Source: Paramecium tetraurelia (Eukaryota). From it: a DNA stretch of 64,000 bases. Each line of letters begins with the position of its first letter. Positions within the stretch are counted from its first letter, which is position 1. The notes beneath the pieces were generated by a model. The model worked only from the letters and a program-made list of their open reading frames with translations, did not search any database and was not told where the DNA came from. Positions 41,469 through 54,604 of the stretch are shown here, in pieces. The stretch is taken from contig CT868540.1 of NCBI GenBank assembly GCA_000165425.1, positions 496,001-560,000 of the forward strand, in the 5' to 3' direction. The translations under genes and the position numbers were made by a program.

Positions 41469-42905
41469 ATGGGAGCTTGCACATCAACCAAGCAAAAAAG
41501 ATATGAGATAGTAAGAACATTGATGCCATATAAGTATACTTTATGAGAATCTATTTAGGGTTCATGTAATGGCAATAATTTGGCCGAAGAATTAACACAA
41601 CTTATTTGATTTCGAGTCCAGTTCGTATTGTGTGAAGGAGATAGAAGTTGATTTTTCAGGTAATTTAGTGTGGAATCTATTATTTTAGCTCAATTAGCAA
41701 CGGTGGATAAGGAACTTGTGGCTTTAACGAAAAGTGAATGGGCTCGTAACTCGATTGAAATAGCAAACATTACATTAAATGAATAATAAGCTTTTATTAA
41801 CAGTATATCGTAATAACAGGATCACAAATTGTGGGCTGTGTTGAAATCGGAAACCAATTAATTTTAATCGATAGATGTAAGAGTTGTATTAAGTATAAAG
41901 CATTGGGATTTAAAAATTGGAGATATTATAAAGTTGGGGAGAGTAAGGATGCATTTGTTGGAATATGCCTTCATGACTCCTTGTGATGAGGCAACCCAAT
42001 ACCAAGATGATTAGGAAGATGATATTTAAACAATTAGTGATGTTGCCAGTTGTAGAATATGCTTTTCAAGTAAGGCAAGTGAGATAAACCCTTTGATAAG
42101 TCCATGTAAATGCGAGGGATCAGTAAAATACATTCATTTGGAATGCTTATAAAAATGGATAGGAATTTAACTAAAAATTAAATAAGGCGATCATTTTATT
42201 TAATATCTTTGTAAAAGATTGGATTGTGAAATTTGCAAGTTCACATTTAGAAATACATATACCTTTCAAGACAAGAGTTATTCAGTTCTAAAATTACCAA
42301 AGCCAAAGTCCTCCTATATCACATTCAAAGTCACAAACGATGATAAATCTAAAGAAGCAATGATTTATGTAGTTGAAATAGGTGAAAAAACGGAACTGAA
42401 AATTGTAATAATTAATTTCTAATAAATCTAGGGTAGAATTCCAGATTGTGATATTAAATTGAGGGATATCTCCGTTTCTCGATCCCATGCTATGCTGAAG
42501 TTGATACCCACTAGCAAACACACAACCGATAATCCAGATTACACAATCAGAGTTTAGGATTGTAAAAGTAAATTTGGTACTTTGGTCTTGGCTCAAGATC
42601 AAGATTTACTTATAATACCAGAAGATGGGAAGTCTCCAATCTTATTTTAAACTGGGAGAGTTCTTTTACAATGTGTTCAAAAAAAAAAAGTAAATTAAAA
42701 ACCTGCATATAAACATCCTGATAATGTAGTATTGATACAAATCGAAACAAAACCCTAATTAGATCAACAAGAGCAAATGCAAGATTCATTTGTAACTCAT
42801 GATGAACTTACTGCTGGTGATATTATCATTAGTAATTCTTAAAACCCGCATAAACCTTAACCCAATATGGATGTTAAAGAAGATAGTATCTGCGATGAAA
42901 GGTGA
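41469..42905 (+). CDS. N-acylated FHA / RING-CH (RINGv) / FHA E3 ligase-like protein
   Basis: MGACTS; LKIGDIIKLGRV; CRICF...LISPCKCEGSVKYIHLECLQKWI...CEICK; GR.PDCDIKLRDISVSRSHA...DCKSKFGTLV. Confidence 0.85.
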
Positions 42906-43890
42906 TACAAGGTTAGTATTATTTCATTGATTTATTTTAATATTTATCTATATGATTTCATATTCGAATTATATGAAAAGATTAATATAATGTTAAACAT
43001 TAAAATCAAACATATAATCAAACCAATCACATCACTTAATTCACATTCTAATACTAATTCATACATCTATCAATCTTATTATAGTACTTCCTTTAGAAAA
43101 GTAAATAAATCAAAGTAATTTTGGAATAATCAAATTTTATAGTTTTTTGAATAGTTGTAACCTAGCTAATTAAGTTAAATTCAATCCTACTAATAAATTA
43201 ATATCCTTCAAGAATATTATGATCAATTTTGAACTTATGATAAAAAAACTAAAGTTACTGATATGAATGGATCCTATTATATTTAAAGTAATCATTGATT
43301 CCTTCAAAAAAACACAAACTTCTTCTATATTTGTTAATGTTTTTCGAGAGTACACTACTAATGTGAAATATTCTTGTATGATTTCATAAGACGCACTCTT
43401 GGTTATTTCATATCCAATGAAAAGACCCTTTCAAAGAAATATGCTTTAAATAAAAAATTATAAAAATCAATGTTTTTAGAGTAGGAATAAACCAGAATAT
43501 TTTATACTTATTCAATAGAGATAAAGAAGATTTTCTTCTCTAACAGATTTAGATCTTCTTTTAAGTTTTTTAATAAACAAAATGAATTATCAATTATAAA
43601 ATAAAATATAGGAATATGGATGCAGCTGCTATTTTACATTTTCATAACTCATATTTCAATTGTTTCCAAAATATAATGAAATTGATTAGATTCAAAATGA
43701 AAAATAATTGGTTAATAATACAGTACAAAATATCATTCTAGGGATTACTTAGTATTCAGCTACTTATCTATTTGTAAAATCAAACTTAAAAGAGTAATCC
43801 TGACATAATAGTTCCAGATATATAATTGAGCCAATTAACAACTCTAAATTACTCGAATAGATAAATAATGAATTATAATGAATATTTTTA

Positions 43891-45039
43891 TCATTATTAT
43901 TATTACTTAAATTATTAATCAACATCTTCATCTTATTATTAATTATCTTCCCCTTCATATAATTATTATTTATTTTCTTATTCATCTTCCTCATCATTTT
44001 CATCGATTTATTCCACTCTTTCATAGTCTTTCTCTGCCTCATCATCATCGATGAATAAACTTGGGTCGTACACAAATAAGGCTCTTCCTGTCATTTAAGA
44101 ATTACCTCCAGTTTATTTGGCACCTAAAATGATTTTAAATATTTTTGTACCTTTTTTCTTCTATTCTTCTATTTTTTATTTTTCCGCTTCTAATTTTTTT
44201 TTTTCAGCTCTCTCTTGTTTCCATTTTTCAAAAACTTCTTTAGTTATTTTAGTTCCTCCCTTTTATAATTATGAAATTTATTCATCTATTTCTTCTTCTA
44301 GATCACCTTCTTGTTTTTGTTTTGACTCTTCTTTCTTTCTAAATACATATCCTTAAGGTAGGCAATGCTTATAATGGCAGGTCATCCCATTGGGACACAC
44401 CCATCTCCATCCGTATTTACCTTTCTCCAAGGCGTCTAAGAAATAATCACAGACTTTTGCTGATGGAATTTGACTAGTCTATTCAATTATAGTATACCTT
44501 TTATATGTCTTCTCATTAGCCTCAACGATATCCTTCAAAGTCTTCTCATCCCAATTTTAGCAGGAGTCCCATTCATCACCCATTTATTCCCTCTAATCAG
44601 TATATAAATCAAGCATTGCAGTTTTTTATTCCAAACTCATATCATGAGAATACATACATTTCTTACCCTTCTAACACAGACCTAGCCTTATCATATCAAC
44701 CTACCTTATTTGTAATATTCACATAAAATTGATTTTGGGTCCACTTCCTCTTCAGATTCTTCCTCCTTTACTTTTTCGACTGTTTTATATAGTGATTGCA
44801 TTAATCTGTCTTCCTCTTCCAATTGCCTCTCAATTTTTTTTCTTTCATATTCCTCTGATTATAATTTTGACAAAGAAACTCCGCTATGCTTCACTTATTG
44901 TGCTACTCCTTTACAAAAACTAAAATAATACAGAAAATGAATACTTTTAGACTTGTTTGCTTTTGTTTTTATTTTTTAGGCCAAAAGTTCTGTCTTCAAT
45001 AATCTTTTCTTGTTTTTTCTTTTCAGACTTTTTACTCAT
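43891..45039 (-). CDS. ZC3H15: CCCH zinc-finger protein ZC3H15/TMA46 (DRG family regulatory protein 1)
   Basis: [20 protein letters not shown]; two CCCH fingers including [42 protein letters not shown]; acidic tail. Confidence 0.92.
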
Positions 45040-45259
45040 TGATGTATTTATTTAAATAATTTACTATTTATTTTTTGTGTATCTAGTAAAATTCAATGCA
45101 CCACCATCTCATTCTACTAATCTAACTATCAATTAACATATTTGATTGACAAATTTATTTTTGTTGAAGGTTGAATACGGAAAGTTTGTTTTTGGCATTC
45201 TTAAACTTAAAGTATTTTTATTGTAATTCATAATTATAAATAACAAAAAAAGATTTTCA

Positions 45260-45469
45260 ATGAATAAAGAATAGGAACTCATAGAGAATAGCCTTTACTT
45301 TTAGGATATACTTGAAGAGAATATTGAAAGCAACGATTTTTACCTATATGAGACCACGTAGGTTGTTCAATAACCCGTAGAGAATAAAAACTTCACTTTG
45401 ATCAATATTCTAGGTTAAATGAACATAAATGAGAATGTAGAGATGTTGATAGAGGAGCCAAACTATTGA
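45260..45469 (+). CDS. Small acidic hypothetical protein (69 aa)
   Basis: MNKEQELIENSLYFQDILEENIE...VEMLIEEPNY*; coding-like composition, flanked by AT-rich spacers. Confidence 0.5.
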
Positions 45470-45528
45470 ACAGATACTACATGATTTCCTCATACTTACA
45501 TAATTATTTATATATATATATCGAAAGT

Positions 45529-47125
45529 TCATTGTTATGCAATTTTTCTAAAGGGCATTATGGTGTCCAATTGCCTTTTGCTGATTCTAGGACTAAATAA
45601 GTGTCTGTGTATATTGATTGTACTCTAAGTGCTGATTTGTCTTGCCGAGTTTTCTTTATTTTATCTAGTGGTAGTTGTGCTAATGGTTTTCCTTTCGGTC
45701 AATTGCTTCTTGGAAGTGAAGTATTTCTTATCCATATCAAATAAAGGCGTGAAAGTCTCTGTCATTATTTTTCTGTGTCTTGGTGATATCATTCTAAGTA
45801 GTCTTAAATTATACCTTTTTTAAAGCAATTCATGGTTAAAAAGATTTGAATAATCCTCTCCAAACACTGTCTTATACAACTCAATTGAAGTCTATGTTTT
45901 TTTTGAACTAGGCTTCTATATTTTTTTATCGTTTAATAACCTTTACAATCTTGAATGATGAAACCTCTTCTCCAAAGATTACGCGTCCTTTTTCTCGAAT
46001 TATTATATAGTTTCAACAGGTAATAAATATAATTCACACTGAGAAGACTTAGAAACAGCTCTGTATTCTCTAGGAATGGATTACTAAACCTCTTCATGTC
46101 CAAAGACGCAACCTACTTAAAGTAAGGTAATTGAGACAGTTCTGTTCTTAGGAAATACTTTGAGCAATTCAATTTCTCCTTGCTTGATAAAATAGATATA
46201 TTCTGGATTTGAATTTTCCATATAAATGATACTAAACATAGTAGGCTTTTAAACGACTATATACTCCAGAATGCCTCTAAGTCGTTTATCATTTAATTTG
46301 CTAAAGAGTTCAAAGTTTCTGAGGAGCGAAATCTTTTCATTCTTCACCTGATCATGATATTATTATAAAATAGCTCTGAAATCCGGATTGGCTAAAGTAA
46401 TCATCGCTGTATCCTAAGTGCACAACACAGTGGCTGTCCTAGTCACATTGCCTATAAGAGCAATCTCCCCGAATTGGTCTCCTGAACCACACATATTCAC
46501 TATGTGCAAACTTGGAAAGAGTCTTTTCACCAAATTATCCAACCATTTATCAACTGATATTCTATTGGGATTATTGGTATATTCTTCAATTAAGGATTCT
46601 TAATCGACTTTTTGAATATCTACAAAAATCAACTATATAATTGAATAATTACTGATCCCTAGAAAATTGCCATAAGCCTGTGCCATTATGATATCCTTCA
46701 GAGCCCTATTATTAAAGGCTGACAAGCGGGGACTACAGACTGCTGATGATCTTCTTTGCTGGGTGGGATTAGAATCGATCCCCTTTTAATATTCTTCTAT
46801 AACTTATTGATGAGTAATGTTTTTATCGTTTGGACATAGAATTGCAACTTACCCCTTTAGAATTACATAAAACTATTCAACATTATTAGAACCTACCAAT
46901 TAATGGGATTTTACCATAATGAAATACGACCTCTCCTTTTTATAATTCCTTCAGCTAGATTTTTTTAAGCATCTAACAATATAATGCTGGATCAAATAAC
47001 TACTATTTTTCTCTGAAGAATTTAAGATCCTAAACTCCCTTTGCAATTACATCAATAATGTCCTTGCTCCTATTGCGATAAGCCAATGCCTGTTTCAAAT
47101 CAATCAGACTTTTTTCTTAATCCAT
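45529..47125 (-). CDS. Cyclic-nucleotide-binding domain protein (two cNMP domains)
   Basis: GEVVFHYG...FYVILKGKVAI, GDQFGEIALIGNVTRTATVLC; second domain IYMENSNPEYIYFIKQGEIEL...CVFGHEE...REYRAV. Confidence 0.85.
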
Positions 47126-47145
47126 TATAATATTATAGTTATAAA

Positions 47146-49090
47146 TCAACAAACTCTGAAATTCTGGCCACCCACCCACCTAGTCTTGTTTTCATCCCTA
47201 TGTTTGAAATCTGCCGGATTGCTGTATGGATTGTCATACAAAATAAAGGGAGTCCCCCCCTTAATAGTGCTCACAACACTCGTCCTGATGCTTCTTGGTC
47301 CAATTATTTATTTATCCTTTTATTTCTGATCCAACCTATCCTTTTCCAAATTTGTAATATATGGAGATGAGCATCTGACTATTGGATGTTCTCTGCACAA
47401 ATCATAATCCTCCTTAGTAGTGCCCTTTGATACTCTGGATTTTGCAGTTTGAACTCTAGTCAATTTAAATGTCCGACTTTAAGTTGTAGATTAGGGTCTC
47501 TATCTAATCCTCTGTCCAGTACTGGCTAACATTGAGGTGTTCATAGTTCCAGGTACCTATACAAAATCGAATAACAATAGATACCCACAAAGGCTCATTC
47601 TCAGGCAATAATTATTCATCTATATTGGGATGCAACATCTATCTAATTTCAGCAGCTGTTTTATTGAACTTCTCAGTTGTATCCCTATGTTCATGATTCA
47701 ATTTGGTTGAAAACTTAGCGAACTTAGACTTCTCCAGATCAGTCTCCTCTGTTGATTGCTTAGTCCTTGGAGACTGCTTCTATCTCATAGTTTTCATAGC
47801 CTCTTGCAATTGTCCTTGATCATTTATAGCATTATTCATAACGATCTCCAATTTCTTTGCCTTTTTACCTGTGAATCCCACATGCTTAAATTTAGTCAAC
47901 ACTTCAAAATTAAAAACCGTTCTCTCACCCTTCTATTAGCTCTCTGCTTATTATTTAGTCATATTCTCCAAATCTAATTTGTTTTTTCTTAAATCATTAT
48001 TAGCTTATTAGATAGTTAATGGTTTATTAACACAAGATCGTATTTAAATCAAATAATGGATAATGAAATTCCTAAGGATTGATTGTGTTTCTGGATATTT
48101 GGGATTAATGTCAAATTGTAAACCCACAATATTTTCATTTACTGTAATGACTTGAGGTCCTTTTGATGAATCTGCTAAAATAACAAATGTCTTCTTTGGA
48201 TTTAATACGTTGAATGAATGGATGTCCCATGCATGTTTAGAATGAACTAAAAATTCTTACTTTACATCCTTAAATAAGTAATTTTAAACAAAGTTCTTTT
48301 TTATCATGCATATTTCCTCATCCTATGTGGATGTATAAAGCCCATAAATTTCCTTTATTTTCTAAGGCTTATAAACTGGAGCCTATAACATATACTTTCC
48401 AACTGTATTAAACTCTTCAACAGCTCTTCGAGAGTGTATACCACAATTCGCTATTGGTATCCAGCAATTTGCTGATTCAATCTTATCGAAGTAGATTCCA
48501 TAGAGATCCCCTGTTATGCTGTCTAAAAAATATTCATTCCTTGTTATTTAATCTAGTGACTTTTGCAGTTTGCTCATATCACCAAGAGGACCACCTTAGG
48601 GACCATTTACTACTTCAACTGGCTAAACATATTAATAAAATTATTCTTACAGTTTCTAAGTTCGTAGCTACAAAAAACACCAATGCTTGCATGGCTCCAG
48701 CTGTGGCCAATAAAACCTTATTAGTTCTTAGACACATTCTAATAAGCACCATAACCTAATATATATATATATGAATGAGTTTACTTTTTTTAAATGTTTG
48801 GACCATGGTCTAAGGTTTGCATCTATTTCTATGAAAACAAAATCTATGAAGTTAAATTAATTCGCAGCCTCTTATTTAGAATAACCTGAATCTTGATCGT
48901 AAAGGAATTCATCTAAATCATTTGCATCTCTAGAAAAAAATTCAGTCTCCGTGTCCAGCAATTCTTTTTAATTCAAAAATAACTATTTATATTGCAGAAG
49001 GTTTACTTTTCGTATTTATCCGCAATATCGTTCAAATTATTGTTTACCAGTTTCTGATTTCCCATATCCATTTACAATTAATATTCTCAT
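47146..49090 (-). CDS. Class I glutamine-amidotransferase-like protein lacking catalytic Cys/His, with long low-complexity C-terminus
   Basis: MRILIVNGYGKS, DFVFIEID...PW, KVLLATAGAMQAL, LFKDVKQEFLVHSKHAWDI, ILADSSKGPQVI, IVGLQFDINP; about five tiny introns. Confidence 0.7.
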
Positions 49091-49418
49091 TATAAAAATT
49101 ATCAATTATTTTAATAAGTAACATCTTTATTCAACAATTAAAAAAGACTCAAAAACAATTCTAACATAAAATAAGATTTAAATACAATCAGATATAAGAT
49201 TATACGAACTCATTTTCACTACATTATTATAATTTATTGAAATAATATTTTATTAAGATCTTGATATAGCTTATTAGTGATTAATTTCTACTTCAATTTC
49301 TAATTGTTTTAAACAACAATTTATCAATATTTTAAGTTAATATTGGAGAGAGTATTAATTGTTTTCAATTAAGGACAATATTGATAAATTTATTTTATAT
49401 ATGTAAAATCTACGTTTA

Positions 49419-50795
49419 TCATTACTATTATTATTATTTCTATAACATTTGTGGAGGAATGTTGCCCATCATACCGCCTGGGGGTTATGCAAATGCAGTT
49501 TTTCCCAATAATTAAACAACTCCAGTTTCAATTGACTTTAGTAATTCCATCATATCTGGATCTTAGAATAATTCTAAAATAGTGGGAATATTGTACATGG
49601 ATTTTCAAGATTTGAAATATAGTCTTCTTCTTCATAGCTATGTTCTTCGAATATCATATCTCCCATAACTAAATTTAATACCATTGGAACCAATTATCCT
49701 GATTCGTATGTTGTAGGCAATTTGTCAATCATATTCTTCAAGAAATCTTGTTTCTCATTTAATAATTTGATTTGATATCTGATGATTTCTTTTGTTGCAT
49801 TCATCTAAACCTACTTCTACTTTGGTAGTTTGTCCTTGATTCTTTATCTTGCTGAAGCTTGTAACATGAATACATGTTATCCAAGTCCTCTTTCCATTAA
49901 CAACATTTCGCTTTGTTCGAGTGTTTATTGTGAAATATCGATTTTCTTGCAGATTTCTTCTTATGCCTTCATCAAAAGATTTTCAATGTCGTTAACATAA
50001 TCCAACAATAATTGAACATATTTAGCTCCATCAGAATAAAGGACTTCTCTTCTTGCCTTTCTGTTTTCCAAAGTAATTCTAATAAATTCAGGTTCAGCCA
50101 ATTCAACACTGCCTTCAACTATTTAAGTGTATGTCTTAATGCTAATCATGTTATTGGTGTTTGGGATGTGCATAGTTTAAATTTATGAAGCAATTTCGTT
50201 TAATTTGTCACTCTTGAATGTGTAATTGTCTTATGATTAGAATAAATTATGATACTTTTATCGTTTCCTTCATTTTTTGGTTGCACATCTAGGGTTTTAT
50301 TAGATTCTTAGGTTTCTTTGGGTTTGAAGACTTCTAATTCAGCTAATTTTGAATCAAGCCATTCATTGGTTTCTTTGATTTTGTCAGTCACTGACAAGTT
50401 ATTGCCCACCCAAGGTAATACAATACTATTCACTTATCCTTTAATGAGAGATGGATTAAGTAATAATTCATCCTTATCATTTTTAAAGGCATATTGAGTG
50501 AGTGATTTTAATACAATAGGTTCTAGTTTCTTATCTTTAACCTTTTAGACCAAATCCTTAGCATCGTATTATCTCAAATTTTTGATGTTTATTAAGAAAA
50601 CTCTTTATAAGGAATCTTTGAGGGTGTATAATCTCTCAAATAGTTAATCAAAATGTTTCATTAGGTTATGTTCGGTCTGCTCAACCACTTCCCAGTTGAC
50701 CCTACAAGATGAAGACAAGAATACATTTTTTCATCACCCAAAGAGGCCAAGACTGTCTCGATATTAGCTGCCAAATCTTCAACTGTAATGGACAT
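49419..50795 (-). CDS. Conserved-looking helical hypothetical protein
   Basis: MSITVEDLAANIETVLASLGDEK..., three introns, RITLENRKARREVL, GDMIFEEHSYEEEDY; ends PPQMLQKQQQQQ*. Confidence 0.75.
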
Positions 50796-50945
50796 TCAAC
50801 CACAAATTAATTAAATTTAATTTATATTTCCCCAACCTTTTATTTTTATATTTCGATAAATGCAATACTATATCTTGATATAATTTACATCACACAATCT
50901 CCAATTCTCTATTTTCAACTAATTATTAAATATATTTTTATAATC

Positions 50946-53746
50946 ATGAGTCTCAGCATTCAACTATTTTATCAGCCTTCTCTAACAGCATCCTACCTCC
51001 GAAATAATCGTTTCATGTCTGCCTATGATTTTACACTCATATTCCCCTCCATCCCCCTTTCCTTTGGAATCTCGAGTGATTTGGCTGCAGGATGGTCCAA
51101 ATTGGTTTACGAGTAAGTGCTAATGAATAAAACTCAGCAAAAGATTGAAGTTGAAATTTAAGGCCTGACTGAAAAGGAAGCATTTGTGGTTGAACAATGC
51201 GTTAAATTATTATTTGGCTTCAAAATTGATTTTTGCATTCAAGACGTCTGGCAAGCCTTGAAAGTATGCGACATTATTGGCATAACCCAATCGCCACAAA
51301 TCGAAGGAGTTACAGTCTAAGAACAACTTCTATCATTCGCATTGCAACATATTCAATAGATCAATCTAATTGAAGGCCTAGATTATGCACAGCAACTATT
51401 AGAAGTTGGAGGAGAGGGACTCTTGGTGCATCGAACTGATATTAGATTACTAAGCCAATAATTGGTGGACAAAATTAGAGAAATCATTATTTTGAGCAAA
51501 TTCGAAATACTTACAAATTATGCTCACAATTAAGATCAAAGCATCGATAGCCAAAATATTAATAACAATAACAAATTCCTATTAAAAGATTTGAAGAGGG
51601 AGCATTACATCCAATTGAGAACTTTGTTTTACAACTTCGTCAATCAATAAAATACAGAGTTAAGTGCCAATCAAAACATTGTCAAGATCTTATTCGAAGA
51701 ATTGGATCAATAGTTTGAATTGGACAGCTACATCAATAAATACTTTGAAGAGGTTACTTCTAAGATGCAGGCCATAGACATATCTGTTAATAAAATGGAT
51801 AAAAAATACGAAGCTCAATTGACTAAATTGAATGAATTCATCAATTAAGAATTTGAAAGTCTCAAAAAGGAGAACAAGATGCTAAAAAACCAATTATACT
51901 TTGCTCATAGAAGAATAGAATAGCTACAGAATCCTATGATTATTTCCCAATATCAAATGAAACTGTTTTGTTTCTCCAATGGAGTCATTAAGTATAAGAA
52001 CAGTGGAATCATTCATACAGAGAACATGGACAGTTACATCATAAATTGCATTGTCATACTAAAAGACAGCACCATAGCTGTAGGAATGCAAGGGGGAGAC
52101 ATTCTCTTATACAACAAACAATTGAAGATCATAACAACTCTTAAACTATCATCGGTTATACAAATTAAAAATGCCTATCATGTTATCTGCATGCAAGAGC
52201 AGGTGATTAGTAGTAATTAAGGGGAGAAAATATTTTTAATTTCATCTTATTCAAATAATATGTATTGCGTCTGGAATGAATAGAAATCGATCTTTCACGA
52301 GTAGTTGGAATCATAGGTTAGTGTTATTTTTATCAATCCTTTGTTGGGTAAATTTATTCTTTTCGGTTGTGTCGATGGTACCATCCGTTTCATCTATCTA
52401 AATGAATCTAAATCAAATTACCAAGCAGATCATATTAAAACACTCAAAAATTCAAATACTGAGGTATTGAAATTAGAAATTATCCCTCAAAATAATGATT
52501 TATTAGTATCAGCTCACACTGATCAATTGATATGTATTTGGAATTGGGAATCAGAAAATGTAATGAAAGTACTTAAGACGGAATCACAGATACACGACAT
52601 CTAGGTGTATTTGGATCTAAAAGATTAGAAGATTTTGAGAGTGCTGTTACAAAATGGCTATCTCAATGAGTACAATGCGGAATAATAGATTGAATTAATG
52701 GAATCTATTTATATTGATAATAAGGCATTCTAATTGGCGAGGGGAAAATGCTTGACATATGATGGGAAGATCAAAAAGATAAAGAATGGACCACTAAATT
52801 AATGTAACTATCATCTGCAGCACCAATCTACTTATTTTCATCATCAAGACAATTGTGTATATGGACTGTTGTTAATAAACTATCCTTATGTGGCATCCTC
52901 AGCTGATGACAAAACTATAGTCATTTTCAATTTGAAGTCACAAGAAAAGTTGGTTTTGAGAGGACATCTAAGTTATATCAAGGCAATAGGGTTGTTACAA
53001 GAAAATAAACATATAATATCAGGGAGTTACGACACAACAATTAAGATTTGGGAAATATCAACAGGGATTTGCTAAAATACTTTAAATGGTCATACAAAAC
53101 CTGTTTTATGTCTATAAGTGCTATAACATACTTAATAGATGGTGGCAAGTGGAGGAGAAGACGGAGTGATGAGGGTGTGGAATTGGAAGACAGCCATTTG
53201 CATTTGGAAGGTGGAAAATAAATATGAAATATGGTCACTTCTAGCAATAAAGGATCATTGTACAATTCTATGTGGGAATAAGTAAATAAACAATATTATG
53301 ATTATAGAGATGGAACCATCAAGGTTATAGGTACTGGCTAGTCTGGGGAGAAGAGTCAAGACATTAAAGAATGGAAAATTCACAAATAGTATGTTAATTG
53401 CATAATTCATTTGAAAGCCTCTATAATTGCAAGTGGGTCATCTGATACTACCATTTAAATTACTGATCTATATTCAGGGAAGATTTTAAAGACCTTGATT
53501 GGTCATTCAAATATCGTTTGGTCAATCCAAATGATCGATGATGACACTATAGCTTCATCCAGTACAGAAGGCAAGATTAAAATATGGAATTGGAAGGAGA
53601 GTCATTGCTTGAATAGTTAGGTGGTAGGCAAAGGATCAATCTATACGTTATTGAAGTTGCCTTTTACCAACAAGATGATTGGGGGCACTGCTTAGGGAGA
53701 GATACTCTAATGGAAAATTTGTAAGGATGAATAAAAATTAGTATGA
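50946..53746 (+). CDS. BTB-like plus coiled-coil plus WD40-repeat protein
   Basis: N-terminal YDFTLIF...VKLLFGFKI...ALKVCDIIGI (BTB-like); WD repeats LRGHLSYIKAI..IISGSYDTTIKIWE, GHTKPVLCL, GHSNIVWSI; one 26-nt intron gives 925 codons. Confidence 0.85.
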
Positions 53747-53779
53747 TTGTTTATAAAATGATAATTAAAATATTAAAAG

Positions 53780-54546
53780 ATGTCTAATTACAGTCTGATG
53801 TTTAAGTTTATTATAATAGGGGATACAGGTTAAAACTTTATGTTATGATTAGGAGTGGGAAAGTCAAGTATTCTTTTGCAATTGATTGAAAATGAAATCA
53901 GAGAGTAACACGATGCCACAATCGGAGTTGAATTCGGGTCAAAAATCATTAAAGTGAATGGGATGAACATCAAATTGTAAATATGGGATACTGCTGGTTA
54001 AGAGAACTTCAGATCTATTATTCGTAGTTATTATAGATCGGCTATTGGTACTGGAATATTATATCTGAAGGAGCCTTATTGGTTTATGATATTACGAATA
54101 AAAACTCGTTTCATAATCTACAAAGATGGATGGAAGAAATAAAAAATAATGGGAATGCCAATATGGTAATTGTGCTATGTGGTAATAAGATTGATTTGGA
54201 ATCCGAGTAATTAGCATTGATTTTATGTAGAGGCGAGCAGTAACATATGAAGAAGGATGGTAATATGCCCAATCATAGTCACTGATCTTTCTTGAGATAT
54301 CTGCCAAACAAGGTATCAATGTGCAATCAGCATTCTATTAATCAACGCAAAGGATCTTGCAGGAGATTGATGATTAAAAAATAATGCTTGGATAAGATGT
54401 AATGATGTTATTTTGATATTCAGCCAGGAATCAAGATTGGGGGATAGTATAAAAAGAAGGACAAAGAAATTAAAGTTATAAACACTTATGAGGAGGCTGT
54501 TTAGTTGAAAACAATAGACACTCCTAATGGAAATAATTGTTGTTGA
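53780..54546 (+). CDS. Rab GTPase, Rab2-like
   Basis: FKFIIIGDTGVGKS, TIGVEFG, IWDTAGQENFRSIIRSYYR, GNKIDL, EISAK; ends NNCC*; four introns. Confidence 0.92.
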
Positions 54547-54604
54547 TACTTGTTATAATCTATTCATATTAATAATTATTATTATTATCTATAATAATAA
54601 AATT

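Noticed and set aside
45508..45521. (AT)n tracts here and at about 48739-48752
   Set aside because: Short simple repeats expected at this base composition; the second lies in an intron.
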